This document shows, piece after piece, positions 26,895-36,706 of a stretch of DNA of 53,845 bases. The stretch comes from a virus. Taxonomy: Duplodnaviria > Caudoviricetes. Location: positions 1-53,845 of IMG/VR virus record IMGVR_UViG_3300033141_002656, one strand, 5' to 3'. Each line of letters opens with the position of its first letter. The stretch's first letter is position 1. The notes beneath the pieces are model-generated. The model did no database searches, had not been told where the DNA came from, and saw only the letters and a program-made list of their open reading frames with translations. The translations under genes and the position numbers were made by a program.

Positions 26895-29800
26895 TAGACT
26901 GGGGTCCTCAAGCCGCGAGTTGATATCACTGACCGGCCCTCAAGGGATCGGCGTTTCAGATGCTTGTCAATCATCGGGATCAGCCTGGTTCTGACACCAG
27001 CCTCATCCATGCTGGTGGTCATGTTGATGGTCAGGTTGTACGTGTCCCCACCACCCATCCGGACATCAGCCCCATCATTGACGGCCTGCAGAGCCGGCAA
27101 GTTGGGCTGTACCCGGGACCGTTGGACAACAAACTCACCAGCCTCAGCACCAATGGGCACCACCCCACCACCAGCATATGCTGGGATCAAGCCGCCATCA
27201 TGGAACCGATTTGCCTCAAAGATCCTCATCATCAGTTCATTCATGACAAATTTACGGATCTTTTTCATGGCTGCCACAATATCCAGACCCTTGACGGTAT
27301 CAATGGCCTTTTGGGCCTCCTCTCCAATCTGCTCAACTGAGATGTTCTGAACATCAGCAATTGCCCCACCAACATCACCAGACACAACCTTACCAAGCGT
27401 ACCCCCCAAGCCAAACTTGGGGAGCTTGTTTCTGGAATCAATCAACCATTGGACAATCTTGCCAAGGACCGGATGCATGGTCACAGATCTTGGAATGAAT
27501 GCCTCACCAGGGGACACCATGGCAATGATTCTGTCATTGACCTCACTGTCTCCCTTGACTGCCGGCCTGCCAGGAATCACACCACCCTCAGCAAACTTGA
27601 GGAACGGAACATCAACATTGAGGGTTTTTTCAATGGTACCCTTGCCCCAGGCTGAATCAGGAACCTTGAATATCTTGTTGAAAAGAGTATCAATATTGAG
27701 ATCCTTGAATGCCCTAGTGACTATCCTACCAACACCCTCAAAGCCTTTTTTGATCGGGTTCCATATCATGTCACCCATCTTGGTGAACTGACTGAAATCA
27801 ATGGCGTCTGAAAATCCCTGCCATATTTTCTTGCCAATGTCCTTGATGGGACTGAGGATGTTGTCATCAATCCACTGCCAGGTGGATTTCAGCGTATTCC
27901 ATACCCCCTCAACAGAATCCATGAACCACTGGAATATTCCCTTGAGGACCTCCCACGTGGCCCCCAGGGCATCAACCACACCCATGAGGATCTGCTCTGC
28001 CACCTGAAACAAGGCTGTGGCAGCGTCAAGGAATGGGTTGAGGATGTTGTCCTTGATCCAGGTCCAGGCTGCTGTGAGCATATCCAGGAACGGCTGGATG
28101 ATGGTGTTCCAGATATGCAGCCATACCTCACGGAGCTTGGCCCAGGCTTTGGCAAACAGATCCGGGATCCGGTTGGTACTGGATGCAATGGCATTCCGGA
28201 TCCGGTCGGCAATGTCCATCCCACGGGCCGCAGCCTCAGCGTCCAGGACCTCAAACATCTGGGATGCTGACCGGCTGACCCGGTCACCCAGGTTCTGCAA
28301 TGCCTTTTCTGCATCACTGAAATCAAGCTCAGGCAGATCAAAGATGTCAGCCATGCCCAGGGCATTGGCAATGCTGTTGGCAATTTCCATAGCTCCCTGT
28401 TTGACACCCTCAAGGATGGCCGGCGGCAGTTCAGTCCACATGACTTTCATGAGTTCAAAAGCCAGCTTGGGGGCCTCAATGATTGCCCAGCGCATAAAGG
28501 CAATGGCTATCTTACTCTGGCGTGAGACCAGCCCCCGGACCAGGGCCGTGGCCAATTCCGGGATCCGAGCAATCAAGGCTGACATGGCCTTGGGGATACC
28601 CTCGGTTAGCAAATTAGAAAATGCCTGAGGTAACTTGATGAGCAAGCCCACAATGATGTCATTGAGCTTGTCACCTATGCCATCAATGATATTCGGAATG
28701 AATTCAGCAACAAAGCGTATCAATTCCTTGACTAGGTTTCTCATCACCTCAGTCAATCGCTTGGGCAGATCGGTCACTGATGATATCAGATCAGCTGCCT
28801 TTTGAATCAGATTGGGGATGGCATCAACCAGGGCCTGGGCAGCGTCAAGAACGGCATTGGCTGCAGTCACCGGGGCAAGGGCCACACTGGCCATAGCACC
28901 AGCCAGGGATGCTGCCCCAGCCAGTGGGGCAACGGCCTCAGCCATGCCAGCAGACGCTGCCTGAATATGCTGGGCAACACCAGACCCAAGGGTATCGCCG
29001 ATCTTTTGAATCTCATCCGGATCCACCAGGGCAGGCCGTCTGATAGCCCCAATCTGTTGTTCTGCTTGCTTTTGCAACAGGATGTCCTGTTGCCTGAGTT
29101 GTTCGGCCACCTCTTTGGTGAGTTTCTTTTCTGCCTTGAGCTTGTCGGCCATGAGCCTCAGTCGTGTCCTGTCATGATCAAGCTGCAACTGAATCTGTTG
29201 GATCTGGGACTTGCCAAACTTGTCAGCCTCAAGTTGCATTTGGGCTGTCTGGGCCCTCATCTGCTCAAGTAGTTGCAGGGCCTCTTTGTCTGTCTTGATC
29301 GGGGCCCCACCAGCTGCCTGGGCTGCAGCCTGACCGGCAACCTTGCCGGTTTTCTTGGCCTGGGCCTCTGCCTTTTTCATGCCGTCTGTGAGACCCGCAA
29401 CAAACTTGCCAATCTGGCCGGCAAAGCCAAAGTCAATGCCCTCGGCAGACTTTTCAAGTTGCTTGTCAATGACAGCTATCTCAGATTCAACCTGTTCAAA
29501 AGCCTTGAGGTTTTCAAGGTTCTTTTTCCGTTGTCTGTCAAGGGCCTCGTCAGATGCCAAGCCCATTGAGTTCAAGCCCTCAATGATACCCTCAACACCC
29601 ACACCAATTGCCAGAATCACACCACGGATAGTCCGCTCAACCCGCTTGGCCCACGCCACCAAGGCATCACCCACCATATCGCCAAGCTCATCAAGCCGGT
29701 CAAAATTCCTGATGAGGATATCAATGGCAGCTGCCACAGCCACCACTGACACACCAATAGCAACCACCTTGGCAGCCAGGATAGCTGCAGGGACAACAGC

Positions 29801-31117
29801 TGCCCCCAGCCATGTGGCCAATGCCTGGAACCCACCAACAATGATACCCAGATTGGTAACAATCATCGGGGCTACCATGATGGTTAGGGCCGTCGATATG
29901 ATGCCCACGGAGATGGCAATCTGATCCCAGTCCACAGCATCAAAGGCATCCCCCAGAGCCTTGACCAGCCTGCCTGCCTTTTCCAGGGCCACATTGAGCC
30001 CTTGGATGGCTGGCAACAGAACCACCAGGATCTGTTGACCGATTCGGGTCAATGCTGCCTGGGCCTGACCGGCTGCCTTGCTCAATTGAAAATCAGCTGT
30101 CTGGGCGATTTTCTGAAATGCCTCATCAGTGACTGACCCAGCCTTGTCAGCTGCAGCTGCCATGTCATCCATGGTGGCAATGAATGTCTTGTTGATGGAC
30201 TCAGAGGTGAATGCCGTGATGGCCGGCAGGGCCTCGACTGATCCAAACAGTTCCTTGATGGCCGTGGCTGAACTGCCACCCTCTCTGGTGATGGCCTTGA
30301 GAGTCCCGACAAAGCCCAGCTGTTGGACGGCAGCCTCAGCTGATTCAAAGCCCAGCCTGTTATACACGTCCTTGAGGGCCTCTGTGGGCTGTGTCAGGGC
30401 AACCATTGCCGCCCGGACAGCAGTGGTTGCCACCTGGGTATTCCGTGAGACTGTGGCCACGTTTGACACCGTGGCTACCAGTTCCTCAAGGTCCACACCC
30501 AGCACTGCAGCTGTACCAGCTGCCTGACCGATCTGGGCCGAGAGTTCCCCAATGGTGGTCTGGCCACGTTTCATGCCGATGAACAGGATGTCTGAGATAC
30601 GGGCTGAATCATCAGCGCTCATGCTGTACACCTGCATGAGCTTTGTCAGACCACCGATTGCCGTGGTGAGATTGGTGACACCACCAATGGCCAGTTTCTG
30701 GGCAGATTGTAAGAGGGTCATGGCATTGCTGGAATCAACGGCACCAGAGGACAGGGCCTGATAGAATGCCTTGGCTTTGTCTGCCTGATCCCCGCCAAAT
30801 TGGGCTTGCAGGTCAAGGACCTGTTCCGTGAACTGTTCCTGGGCCCCAGCTGCATCACTGACTAGGGTGGTAACCTCAGCCACCTCTTTTTGCAGCCTGA
30901 TGGCTGAGCCCACCGTGGCATCAATACCCTGGTTGAACTTGTTGATGACCCTGCCGGCCAGTTCCCAGGTCTGGTTCAGTGTGACCACGGTGGCCTGGAC
31001 TTTGCTGAATCCCTGGACAAGAGACTTGCCGCGTTTCTCAAGGCGCTTGAGGGCCTGTTCAGCGCGGTCCTCAACCCCAATGGGGATGACATGTTCATCT
31101 GATGTTGTGACTGCCAT
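26894..31117 (-). CDS. Tape measure protein
   Basis: 1407 aa, Ala-rich helical; TP901-like GQTTIGELS core, periodic Trp repeats, FAEGG and FHDGG motifs. Confidence 0.95.
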   Translation of the reverse strand: MAVTTSDEHVIPIGVEDRAEQALKRLEKRGKSLVQGFSKVQATVVTLNQTWELAGRVINKFNQGIDATVGSAIRLQKEVAEVTTLVSDAAGAQEQFTEQVLDLQAQFGGDQADKAKAFYQALSSGAVDSSNAMTLLQSAQKLAIGGVTNLTTAIGGLTKLMQVYSMSADDSARISDILFIGMKRGQTTIGELSAQIGQAAGTAAVLGVDLEELVATVSNVATVSRNTQVATTAVRAAMVALTQPTEALKDVYNRLGFESAEAAVQQLGFVGTLKAITREGGSSATAIKELFGSVEALPAITAFTSESINKTFIATMDDMAAAADKAGSVTDEAFQKIAQTADFQLSKAAGQAQAALTRIGQQILVVLLPAIQGLNVALEKAGRLVKALGDAFDAVDWDQIAISVGIISTALTIMVAPMIVTNLGIIVGGFQALATWLGAAVVPAAILAAKVVAIGVSVVAVAAAIDILIRNFDRLDELGDMVGDALVAWAKRVERTIRGVILAIGVGVEGIIEGLNSMGLASDEALDRQRKKNLENLKAFEQVESEIAVIDKQLEKSAEGIDFGFAGQIGKFVAGLTDGMKKAEAQAKKTGKVAGQAAAQAAGGAPIKTDKEALQLLEQMRAQTAQMQLEADKFGKSQIQQIQLQLDHDRTRLRLMADKLKAEKKLTKEVAEQLRQQDILLQKQAEQQIGAIRRPALVDPDEIQKIGDTLGSGVAQHIQAASAGMAEAVAPLAGAASLAGAMASVALAPVTAANAVLDAAQALVDAIPNLIQKAADLISSVTDLPKRLTEVMRNLVKELIRFVAEFIPNIIDGIGDKLNDIIVGLLIKLPQAFSNLLTEGIPKAMSALIARIPELATALVRGLVSRQSKIAIAFMRWAIIEAPKLAFELMKVMWTELPPAILEGVKQGAMEIANSIANALGMADIFDLPELDFSDAEKALQNLGDRVSRSASQMFEVLDAEAAARGMDIADRIRNAIASSTNRIPDLFAKAWAKLREVWLHIWNTIIQPFLDMLTAAWTWIKDNILNPFLDAATALFQVAEQILMGVVDALGATWEVLKGIFQWFMDSVEGVWNTLKSTWQWIDDNILSPIKDIGKKIWQGFSDAIDFSQFTKMGDMIWNPIKKGFEGVGRIVTRAFKDLNIDTLFNKIFKVPDSAWGKGTIEKTLNVDVPFLKFAEGGVIPGRPAVKGDSEVNDRIIAMVSPGEAFIPRSVTMHPVLGKIVQWLIDSRNKLPKFGLGGTLGKVVSGDVGGAIADVQNISVEQIGEEAQKAIDTVKGLDIVAAMKKIRKFVMNELMMRIFEANRFHDGGLIPAYAGGGVVPIGAEAGEFVVQRSRVQPNLPALQAVNDGADVRMGGGDTYNLTINMTTSMDEAGVRTRLIPMIDKHLKRRSLEGRSVISTRGLRTPV

Positions 31118-31560
31118 TACCTACCCTTACCCTTTTTGCCACCAAAGAGAGCCGAGAACATCTTGCCAAATTGTTTCAGAATCTCGGGTGAGAACTCACC
31201 CACGTCCCGCCACACACGGGCATATTGCCGTTCCTGCCACCTCTCGACAAAAACGGGATACACCTCTGTGAACAACTCGGGCTGGTCATCAAGACCACCG
31301 GGCCCAGGCAGGTGGCCGGTGATCTGCGATACACGGCATTGGTTGAATAGGTTGGTAATGGTGGGGTTCCAGGTAGCCTTACCAGGACAGAACCTGAACT
31401 TGACACCCTGGTCATCAACCCTGTGATACTTGCCGGGCGGTAGGTTGTCATGACCAGGTTCCTGGCACCTACGCTGTATCTTTGTTGATTCCCGGCACTT
31501 ATCACAGCTGAATCTCTTACGGTCTTTTGCACTGGCCCATGACAGGTCAACCAGTGCCAT
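31117..31560 (-). CDS. Tail assembly chaperone, frameshift extension (gpT-like)
   Basis: In the -1 frame after the slippery site; GHLPGPGGLDDQP motif; precedes the tape measure. Confidence 0.8.
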   Translation of the reverse strand: MALVDLSWASAKDRKRFSCDKCRESTKIQRRCQEPGHDNLPPGKYHRVDDQGVKFRFCPGKATWNPTITNLFNQCRVSQITGHLPGPGGLDDQPELFTEVYPVFVERWQERQYARVWRDVGEFSPEILKQFGKMFSALFGGKKGKGR

Positions 31561-31562
31561 GA

Positions 31563-32060
31563 TCAGTTTTTTGAGTTTGCAACCTCATCTTTGTCAGGTT
31601 CTATGAGGTTATTGTACACCTGCAGGATTTCCTGGGCAATGCCCAGCCTCTCAAGGAATGTCATTGTGTCATCATGGACATACCCCCTACCGTCCTTACG
31701 GAACGTGATAGTGTCCTTGACGTTTGGGGGATTCTGGATGTCCTTGATGGCATACTTGGCCACCATGTAAGCCCACCGGCCCATGCTGATCTTTGGGCTA
31801 TTGTCGTCCACATCAAAGCCCTTGAGCATAGCATCCTTGATATTGGCCTGTTCTTTTCCGGTGAACTCAAAGTTGCAGACAAAGACTGTGGGCTGCATCT
31901 CAGGTTTGAACTTGAGCAAGCTCTCATGCTTTTGGGGATCTTGCTGATAGCGCTCCCACTTTTCTTTGAACTCAGGATCATCCTTATCAAGGGCACCATC
32001 CCTCACAGAGATTACCCGGATTGAATTGAGTTTCCGGATCTGATTGACGGTAATAGCCAT
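31563..32060 (-). CDS. Tail assembly chaperone (gpG-like)
   Basis: Between tail tube and tape measure; ends TCA AAA AAC TGA. Confidence 0.8.
   Translation of the reverse strand: MAITVNQIRKLNSIRVISVRDGALDKDDPEFKEKWERYQQDPQKHESLLKFKPEMQPTVFVCNFEFTGKEQANIKDAMLKGFDVDDNSPKISMGRWAYMVAKYAIKDIQNPPNVKDTITFRKDGRGYVHDDTMTFLERLGIAQEILQVYNNLIEPDKDEVANSKN
31566..31572 (-). other. -1 programmed frameshift site A-AAA-AAC
   Basis: The -1 frame reads K-L-I-M-A-L-V-D into 31117-31560. Confidence 0.85.
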
Positions 32061-32105
32061 GTGTCTCACTCCCTTTTGATTGGTTCTGTTTCAGTGATAT
32101 CAAAG

Positions 32106-32137
32106 AAAACCCCCCTTGACCAGAGGCCAAGGGGGGG
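32106..32137 (-). terminator. Intrinsic terminator after tail tube gene
   Basis: CCCCCCTTGG-CCTCTGG-TCAAGGGGGG followed by TTTT. Confidence 0.75.
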
Positions 32138-32178
32138 CGTCCCCTCACACGCGACTCTCCCCATTAGGGCAAAAGGCG

Positions 32179-33783
32179 TTACAACCATTCAACACTGATC
32201 GGATCCCGGGCACCCGGGGCCGATTGATAAAAGTTACCTTCCATTGAGATGCTGGTAGTTCCTGACTCGGGCACGTCAATGGGTGGTATGGATGGGATCC
32301 ACTTTGGTGCAGTGATCTTGAGATATCGGCCAGTTGCCGAGTCACCCAAGATGATTTCCGGAGCAAATCCAGAAAACTCGCGGGCCTGGACCAGATCACC
32401 CAGGTTCTCATTGGACAGGTCAAACTCAACCGTAAGTGTCCCCGTTGCCCGGTTGCCGGCAACAAAGCCCACGTTGGCATCCCGCCCAAACCGGTTGTCA
32501 AGGTCCACATGATCATTGGCAAAAGCCAAAGTGATCTGGGTGGTATCGATGACAGAACCGGAACTGTTGAACTTGAATGAACCCTCAAGGTCAGTGTACG
32601 GATTGTCCCTGCCAGTTTGCTGGATGGCCCCAGGATGCCAGAACACCAGGAACCCATCATCCTCAGCATCCACCGTGGTTGACAAGACAACTTCATCAGT
32701 CGCCACACTGATGCTGTCAATGGTCAGAGACCCATCAGCACCAGCTGTGATGGTCCTGCCATCGGCGCCCACAATCATCACCGGGGGCTGACCATAGAAC
32801 CGTTTAGCATGGTCAGTGTTCAGGGTGACTGTTGCTGATCCCGATACCAACCCATCAATCTGGCCGATGCCAGCCATATTTGCCTTGGCTGCCTTGCCGG
32901 TGAACTTCATGGTGGCCTCGGACTCACCCGGCAGAGTCAGAGTGAAATCACGGCAATAGGCCCCAGTGTAATACTCGGCAAAGATGGTTGAGACCCGGAC
33001 CATGGAGAACGTGAAATTGGGCAAACCCTGGGTGTACTTGATACTCTGGCTGGCCGTGACGGTCTCGGTGCCAAAGATGGATTCAAGTAACAACATCAGG
33101 GCAGCATCGATGGATGCCCCTGCAGAACCGGACATATTCACCAGGGTGTCAATGTCAAACTCGGCAACCTTTTTGCGTTTCAGGACGCCAGTATGGAACC
33201 GGCCAGTTCTGTGTGGATTGGATTCAACCGGTTGCTCAAATGTGGGCCCGCCAGTTGTGTACAGCAGAAAATCCTGGTCATCGGTTCCGGCAGTCTCGGT
33301 CCCACCGTTTGCCGTGCCCAACTTGAGATCATCTGCCACGTTGTCAGCTGTGGCATCAGTGATCACCACAGATGATGTTGTTCCGGTGAATTGAGAATAG
33401 ACCTCATAGTGGTCATCCCCACCATCAAAATCAACCCAGACACGTCCATCTTGCGCGGCTGCAGCCAAAGCTGTATTGATCTGTGTCTCAAGCTCCGTTG
33501 CAATTGCTGCACCGGTTGTCAAGCCGGCCAGCGTTAAGGTCACATCAACAACGGTCCCACCATCAACAGCCACCTTGAGGGAATCATCCGTTCCCGCTGA
33601 GATGTCTGTTGAGGCTGCAGTATCCCCAACAGAGGAACCCTGGGTTCCAATCCTGGGGGCAATGAATGTCCGTTGTGTTGCTTCCTTACGCACAAAGACA
33701 GACCCATCCAGACCTACGTTGAAACCCTCTTTGTCTCCTTCAAAGACCTGCAGGAAATCAACCTTTGATCTGTACTTGGCCAT
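32179..33783 (-). CDS. Major tail tube protein with inserted ~120-aa domain
   Basis: Between tail terminator and chaperones; followed by a terminator; insertion at about residues 48-168. Confidence 0.85.
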   Translation of the reverse strand: MAKYRSKVDFLQVFEGDKEGFNVGLDGSVFVRKEATQRTFIAPRIGTQGSSVGDTAASTDISAGTDDSLKVAVDGGTVVDVTLTLAGLTTGAAIATELETQINTALAAAAQDGRVWVDFDGGDDHYEVYSQFTGTTSSVVITDATADNVADDLKLGTANGGTETAGTDDQDFLLYTTGGPTFEQPVESNPHRTGRFHTGVLKRKKVAEFDIDTLVNMSGSAGASIDAALMLLLESIFGTETVTASQSIKYTQGLPNFTFSMVRVSTIFAEYYTGAYCRDFTLTLPGESEATMKFTGKAAKANMAGIGQIDGLVSGSATVTLNTDHAKRFYGQPPVMIVGADGRTITAGADGSLTIDSISVATDEVVLSTTVDAEDDGFLVFWHPGAIQQTGRDNPYTDLEGSFKFNSSGSVIDTTQITLAFANDHVDLDNRFGRDANVGFVAGNRATGTLTVEFDLSNENLGDLVQAREFSGFAPEIILGDSATGRYLKITAPKWIPSIPPIDVPESGTTSISMEGNFYQSAPGARDPISVEWL

Positions 33784-33854
33784 CTATATATCCCCTCTTG
33801 TTAAGTTCATGAAAAGCCCTGTTTGCAATCCTCAGGGGGTATTCTAACTCCCTG

Positions 33855-34601
33855 TCACTGTCGCCATTGAATAACAACGTATCCGGTATCCTCAACCGAG
33901 GCTACCACATTGGTATCCTTGAGGGTCTTGGGACTGCAGTTGCTGCAAGCATGACAATCACCAGCTGCCAGCCTGATCCCATCACTGGACGGGTCAGCGT
34001 TCTTGGACACTGCCAGGTACCCGCCATTGGCCGCACTGCCTGAGACCTCGGTCCCACCATTGGCGGTACCGATCTTTAGGTCATCAGCCACGTTATTGGC
34101 TGCACCATCGGCAATGGCCACAGTTGAGGATGTCCCTGTAAGTCTCGAATAGATCTCGTAATGATCATCCGAGTCATCAAAGATGACAGAGACCGCACCA
34201 CCCTCAGCGGCAATCGCGGCATTGATGCCTGTTTCCATTGCTGCAGCAATCAGGGCCCCTGTATTGAGACTGGCCACAGTCAGAGTGACATCAACCTGGG
34301 TACCCCCATCAACCGTGACTTTGAATGTGGTATCCGTGCCACCAGAGATGTCCGTTGATGCAGATGCTGCACCAATTGAGGAACCCTGGGTTGCAGAAAC
34401 AGCATCCATGCAGATGGCCCAGCTGAGCAGATTTCCGCCCACCGAGGCTGCAGCAATGGCATCCTGGGCAGTGAGTCCGGCGGACCCACGAGCATACTCA
34501 ATCCGGCCAGTTCTTGTGTTCGCAAAGAAAACCTGAGCAGTTGCCAGTGATGCAAACAACATCCCGGCTGTTAACAAAAGAATTCCAACAACTCTGTTCA
34601 T
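33855..34601 (-). CDS. Signal-peptide-bearing protein carrying a copy of the tail-tube insertion domain
   Basis: MNRVVGILLLTAGMLFASLATA|Q; QGSSIG...NVADDLKIGTANGGTE aligns with the tube protein. Confidence 0.85.
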   Translation of the reverse strand: MNRVVGILLLTAGMLFASLATAQVFFANTRTGRIEYARGSAGLTAQDAIAAASVGGNLLSWAICMDAVSATQGSSIGAASASTDISGGTDTTFKVTVDGGTQVDVTLTVASLNTGALIAAAMETGINAAIAAEGGAVSVIFDDSDDHYEIYSRLTGTSSTVAIADGAANNVADDLKIGTANGGTEVSGSAANGGYLAVSKNADPSSDGIRLAAGDCHACSNCSPKTLKDTNVVASVEDTGYVVIQWRQ

Positions 34602-34614
34602 GATGAACCCCCTG

Positions 34615-35082
34615 TCAAATGTTGAACAATCGTGCAGTGTAATTCACTGCAAAAGCACACTCATAGATACGGTTACCATCGATCATATGTAAGTCAGGGA
34701 CAATAGGTAATGGATCTACCTGATAGATGGATGGATGGATGGACCGAAAACCGTCATTACGTTCAGCTGTGGGACTGTCAGCAAAGATTGCCTTGTATAC
34801 CTGCCCACAGAACTGATGCATCACCGAGTCTGCAACATCGACATGAATCAATTGTAGCGCGATTTCCCAGGAACCGTAAAGCCTTTGATGTTGCATTCTT
34901 GGGTCATCCGGGCCGTCAAGAACCAGGATAGCCGGGACCTCAGTCTCATCAAGGCTGAGGCCCATAGGGATCTTGCCGTCTGAGAATATCTGCCTAACGG
35001 TCATGGCATACCCATTGGCCGTTGTGATGGTGGCCAAACGGGCAGCAATGCCGGAAATGATTGCACTACGTATGTCAGACAT
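34615..35082 (-). CDS. Tail terminator/completion protein
   Basis: IRSAI...LATITTANGY...VPAI motif and position. Confidence 0.75.
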   Translation of the reverse strand: MSDIRSAIISGIAARLATITTANGYAMTVRQIFSDGKIPMGLSLDETEVPAILVLDGPDDPRMQHQRLYGSWEIALQLIHVDVADSVMHQFCGQVYKAIFADSPTAERNDGFRSIHPSIYQVDPLPIVPDLHMIDGNRIYECAFAVNYTARLFNI

Positions 35083-35744
35083 CAGGACCCTCTCATCAAT
35101 GCGTTCAGGTGTTTGTTCATCACCTTACGGTATTGCTTGATAGCAAACTCTGCAGCCGGTACAAGGTAAGGTCTCTTTGGGATCTTAACTTGTTTCCTGA
35201 GGAAAAACAAAGGAATCCACCTGGCTATCCGGATCCTGGGCTTGCCCCTTTTCCGTGCCCCCTGAGCATACTTGCTTGGGCCCTTGTACCAGGCAGTCAG
35301 CCCACCACTGTTGTCCTCGAAGATCTGGAACTCATCTGGCCGTTTGCGTTTGTTCTCAATGAACTCCCTTGGTGTCATGCGTCTGAACTTGGCTGGGACC
35401 TTTTGATACTGCTTGAGCCAGAGCCATCGAGCCTGGACCGGTTTGACCACCCCACCCAGTTCATGAATCCGGCCATATGGAATTCGGCGAGTTCCCAGCC
35501 AGATCATCAGCAACTTGGTTCCTGTTACCTTTTCCCGGCGGGTGAACACGGAATTCATCAGCTGGCCGGTTTGCCGTCTGCCCGGGACCCGATGCCCAAA
35601 TTCCTCACGGACATTCTGGACAGCCTGCAGTTTGGCAATCTCACCCAATTCAATCATGGCCAGGTTGTGGGCTTTGATGCGCCTGTCCCTGATCTTGCCA
35701 ATGGTCTTGACCAGATGGTCTATGGGTTTCTTTTTCTTAACCAT
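35082..35744 (-). CDS. Tail completion/virion morphogenesis protein (HK97 gp10-like)
   Basis: TGQLMNS, PYGRIHELGG, IPKRPYLVPA. Confidence 0.8.
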   Translation of the reverse strand: MVKKKKPIDHLVKTIGKIRDRRIKAHNLAMIELGEIAKLQAVQNVREEFGHRVPGRRQTGQLMNSVFTRREKVTGTKLLMIWLGTRRIPYGRIHELGGVVKPVQARWLWLKQYQKVPAKFRRMTPREFIENKRKRPDEFQIFEDNSGGLTAWYKGPSKYAQGARKRGKPRIRIARWIPLFFLRKQVKIPKRPYLVPAAEFAIKQYRKVMNKHLNALMRGS

Positions 35745-35877
35745 CTCTTGCAGGCCCCCAGAGCCAGCAGTCCAGGCAGGTCCAGAAATGAAACCCCTGG
35801 GCATAGTGTTGCTTGATATTTGAACACCGGCAACGTGGACACATCACCGGGAACTGATAGGCCCTACCGGCAATCAA
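35737..35877 (-). CDS. Small Zn-ribbon protein
   Basis: CPRC...CLDC; TTGA-coupled start. Confidence 0.5.
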   Translation of the reverse strand: MIAGRAYQFPVMCPRCRCSNIKQHYAQGFHFWTCLDCWLWGPARDG

Positions 35878-36074
35878 TCGTCTGACATAGCCATGATTGC
35901 CTTTTGCTGGGCTGCCCTCTTGGCCTGGGCTTTTTCGATCGTCTTGCAATAGGGACACCTGACCTCAGTGATTCTGCCAGTGAACTTGTTGATGAGGGTA
36001 ATATACCCGTCAATGCATGAGCGATCATGCTCATACTTATCACGGGTATATTGGTTGAGTGTTTCCTGTTTCAC
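35874..36074 (-). CDS. Hypothetical protein with CxxC
   Basis: GTGA-coupled; CIDG...CPYC. Confidence 0.55.
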   Translation of the reverse strand: MKQETLNQYTRDKYEHDRSCIDGYITLINKFTGRITEVRCPYCKTIEKAQAKRAAQQKAIMAMSDD

Positions 36075-36703
36075 CGGTTGCGTACCGCCATTGGTTGGAC
36101 CGGGATCTCAAAGGCCCGGTAATGGGACAGCATGGCAACCACCTCTTTAGGTAACCCAGTCTTGGAATCCCAGGCAGCCTGATCCCCGCCACCAGATGCA
36201 GTGAACCGCTCGGACTCATCCTTTTTGGACCGGCCGCCCAGGCCAATGGACTTGCGGCCACGGCGTCTGAACGTGGCCTCAACACCAAGTAGGATGGCCA
36301 TCTTGACATCATCAGGTAGGGAGGCATATCCCCAGGTATAGTCCACCCGGATACGGCCCCTGCCATAGGGGGAATAGGTGGCTGACTGCAGGACAACACC
36401 CTCTGGGTTCACCGTGTACTCACTGGAATCAATCACAGACCCACCTGACCCATCAGCGTCCACATAGAACACCAGTTGTTGCACAGATATCAGCGGGTAG
36501 TTCTTGGGGGTAACCGTATCTGCCTTGTCCCCGTCCAGGATCTCATTGGTGACCACGGTTGGTTCAAACTGAGCCTCTGTGTAATTCTTGACAGCCTGCT
36601 CAACCGAGTTCTGAATCATGGACAGGATGGTGTCATAGGTGGTGTCACCAGGATCAATACCCAGCCAGGGCTTGATGTCAGTGTTGAGATCAACCAGAGA
36701 CAT
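36071..36703 (-). CDS. Head-tail adaptor (gp6/gp15-like)
   Basis: IKPWLGI..D..L, YPLISV, VDYTWGY..LPDDVK.A, LP.EV..ML..YR. Confidence 0.85.
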   Translation of the reverse strand: MSLVDLNTDIKPWLGIDPGDTTYDTILSMIQNSVEQAVKNYTEAQFEPTVVTNEILDGDKADTVTPKNYPLISVQQLVFYVDADGSGGSVIDSSEYTVNPEGVVLQSATYSPYGRGRIRVDYTWGYASLPDDVKMAILLGVEATFRRRGRKSIGLGGRSKKDESERFTASGGGDQAAWDSKTGLPKEVVAMLSHYRAFEIPVQPMAVRNR

Positions 36704-36706
36704 GGA

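Noticed and set aside
33940-33960. Haem-binding motif in the exported protein (CHACSNC)
   Set aside because: It is not CxxCH; disulphides or a metal site are more plausible.
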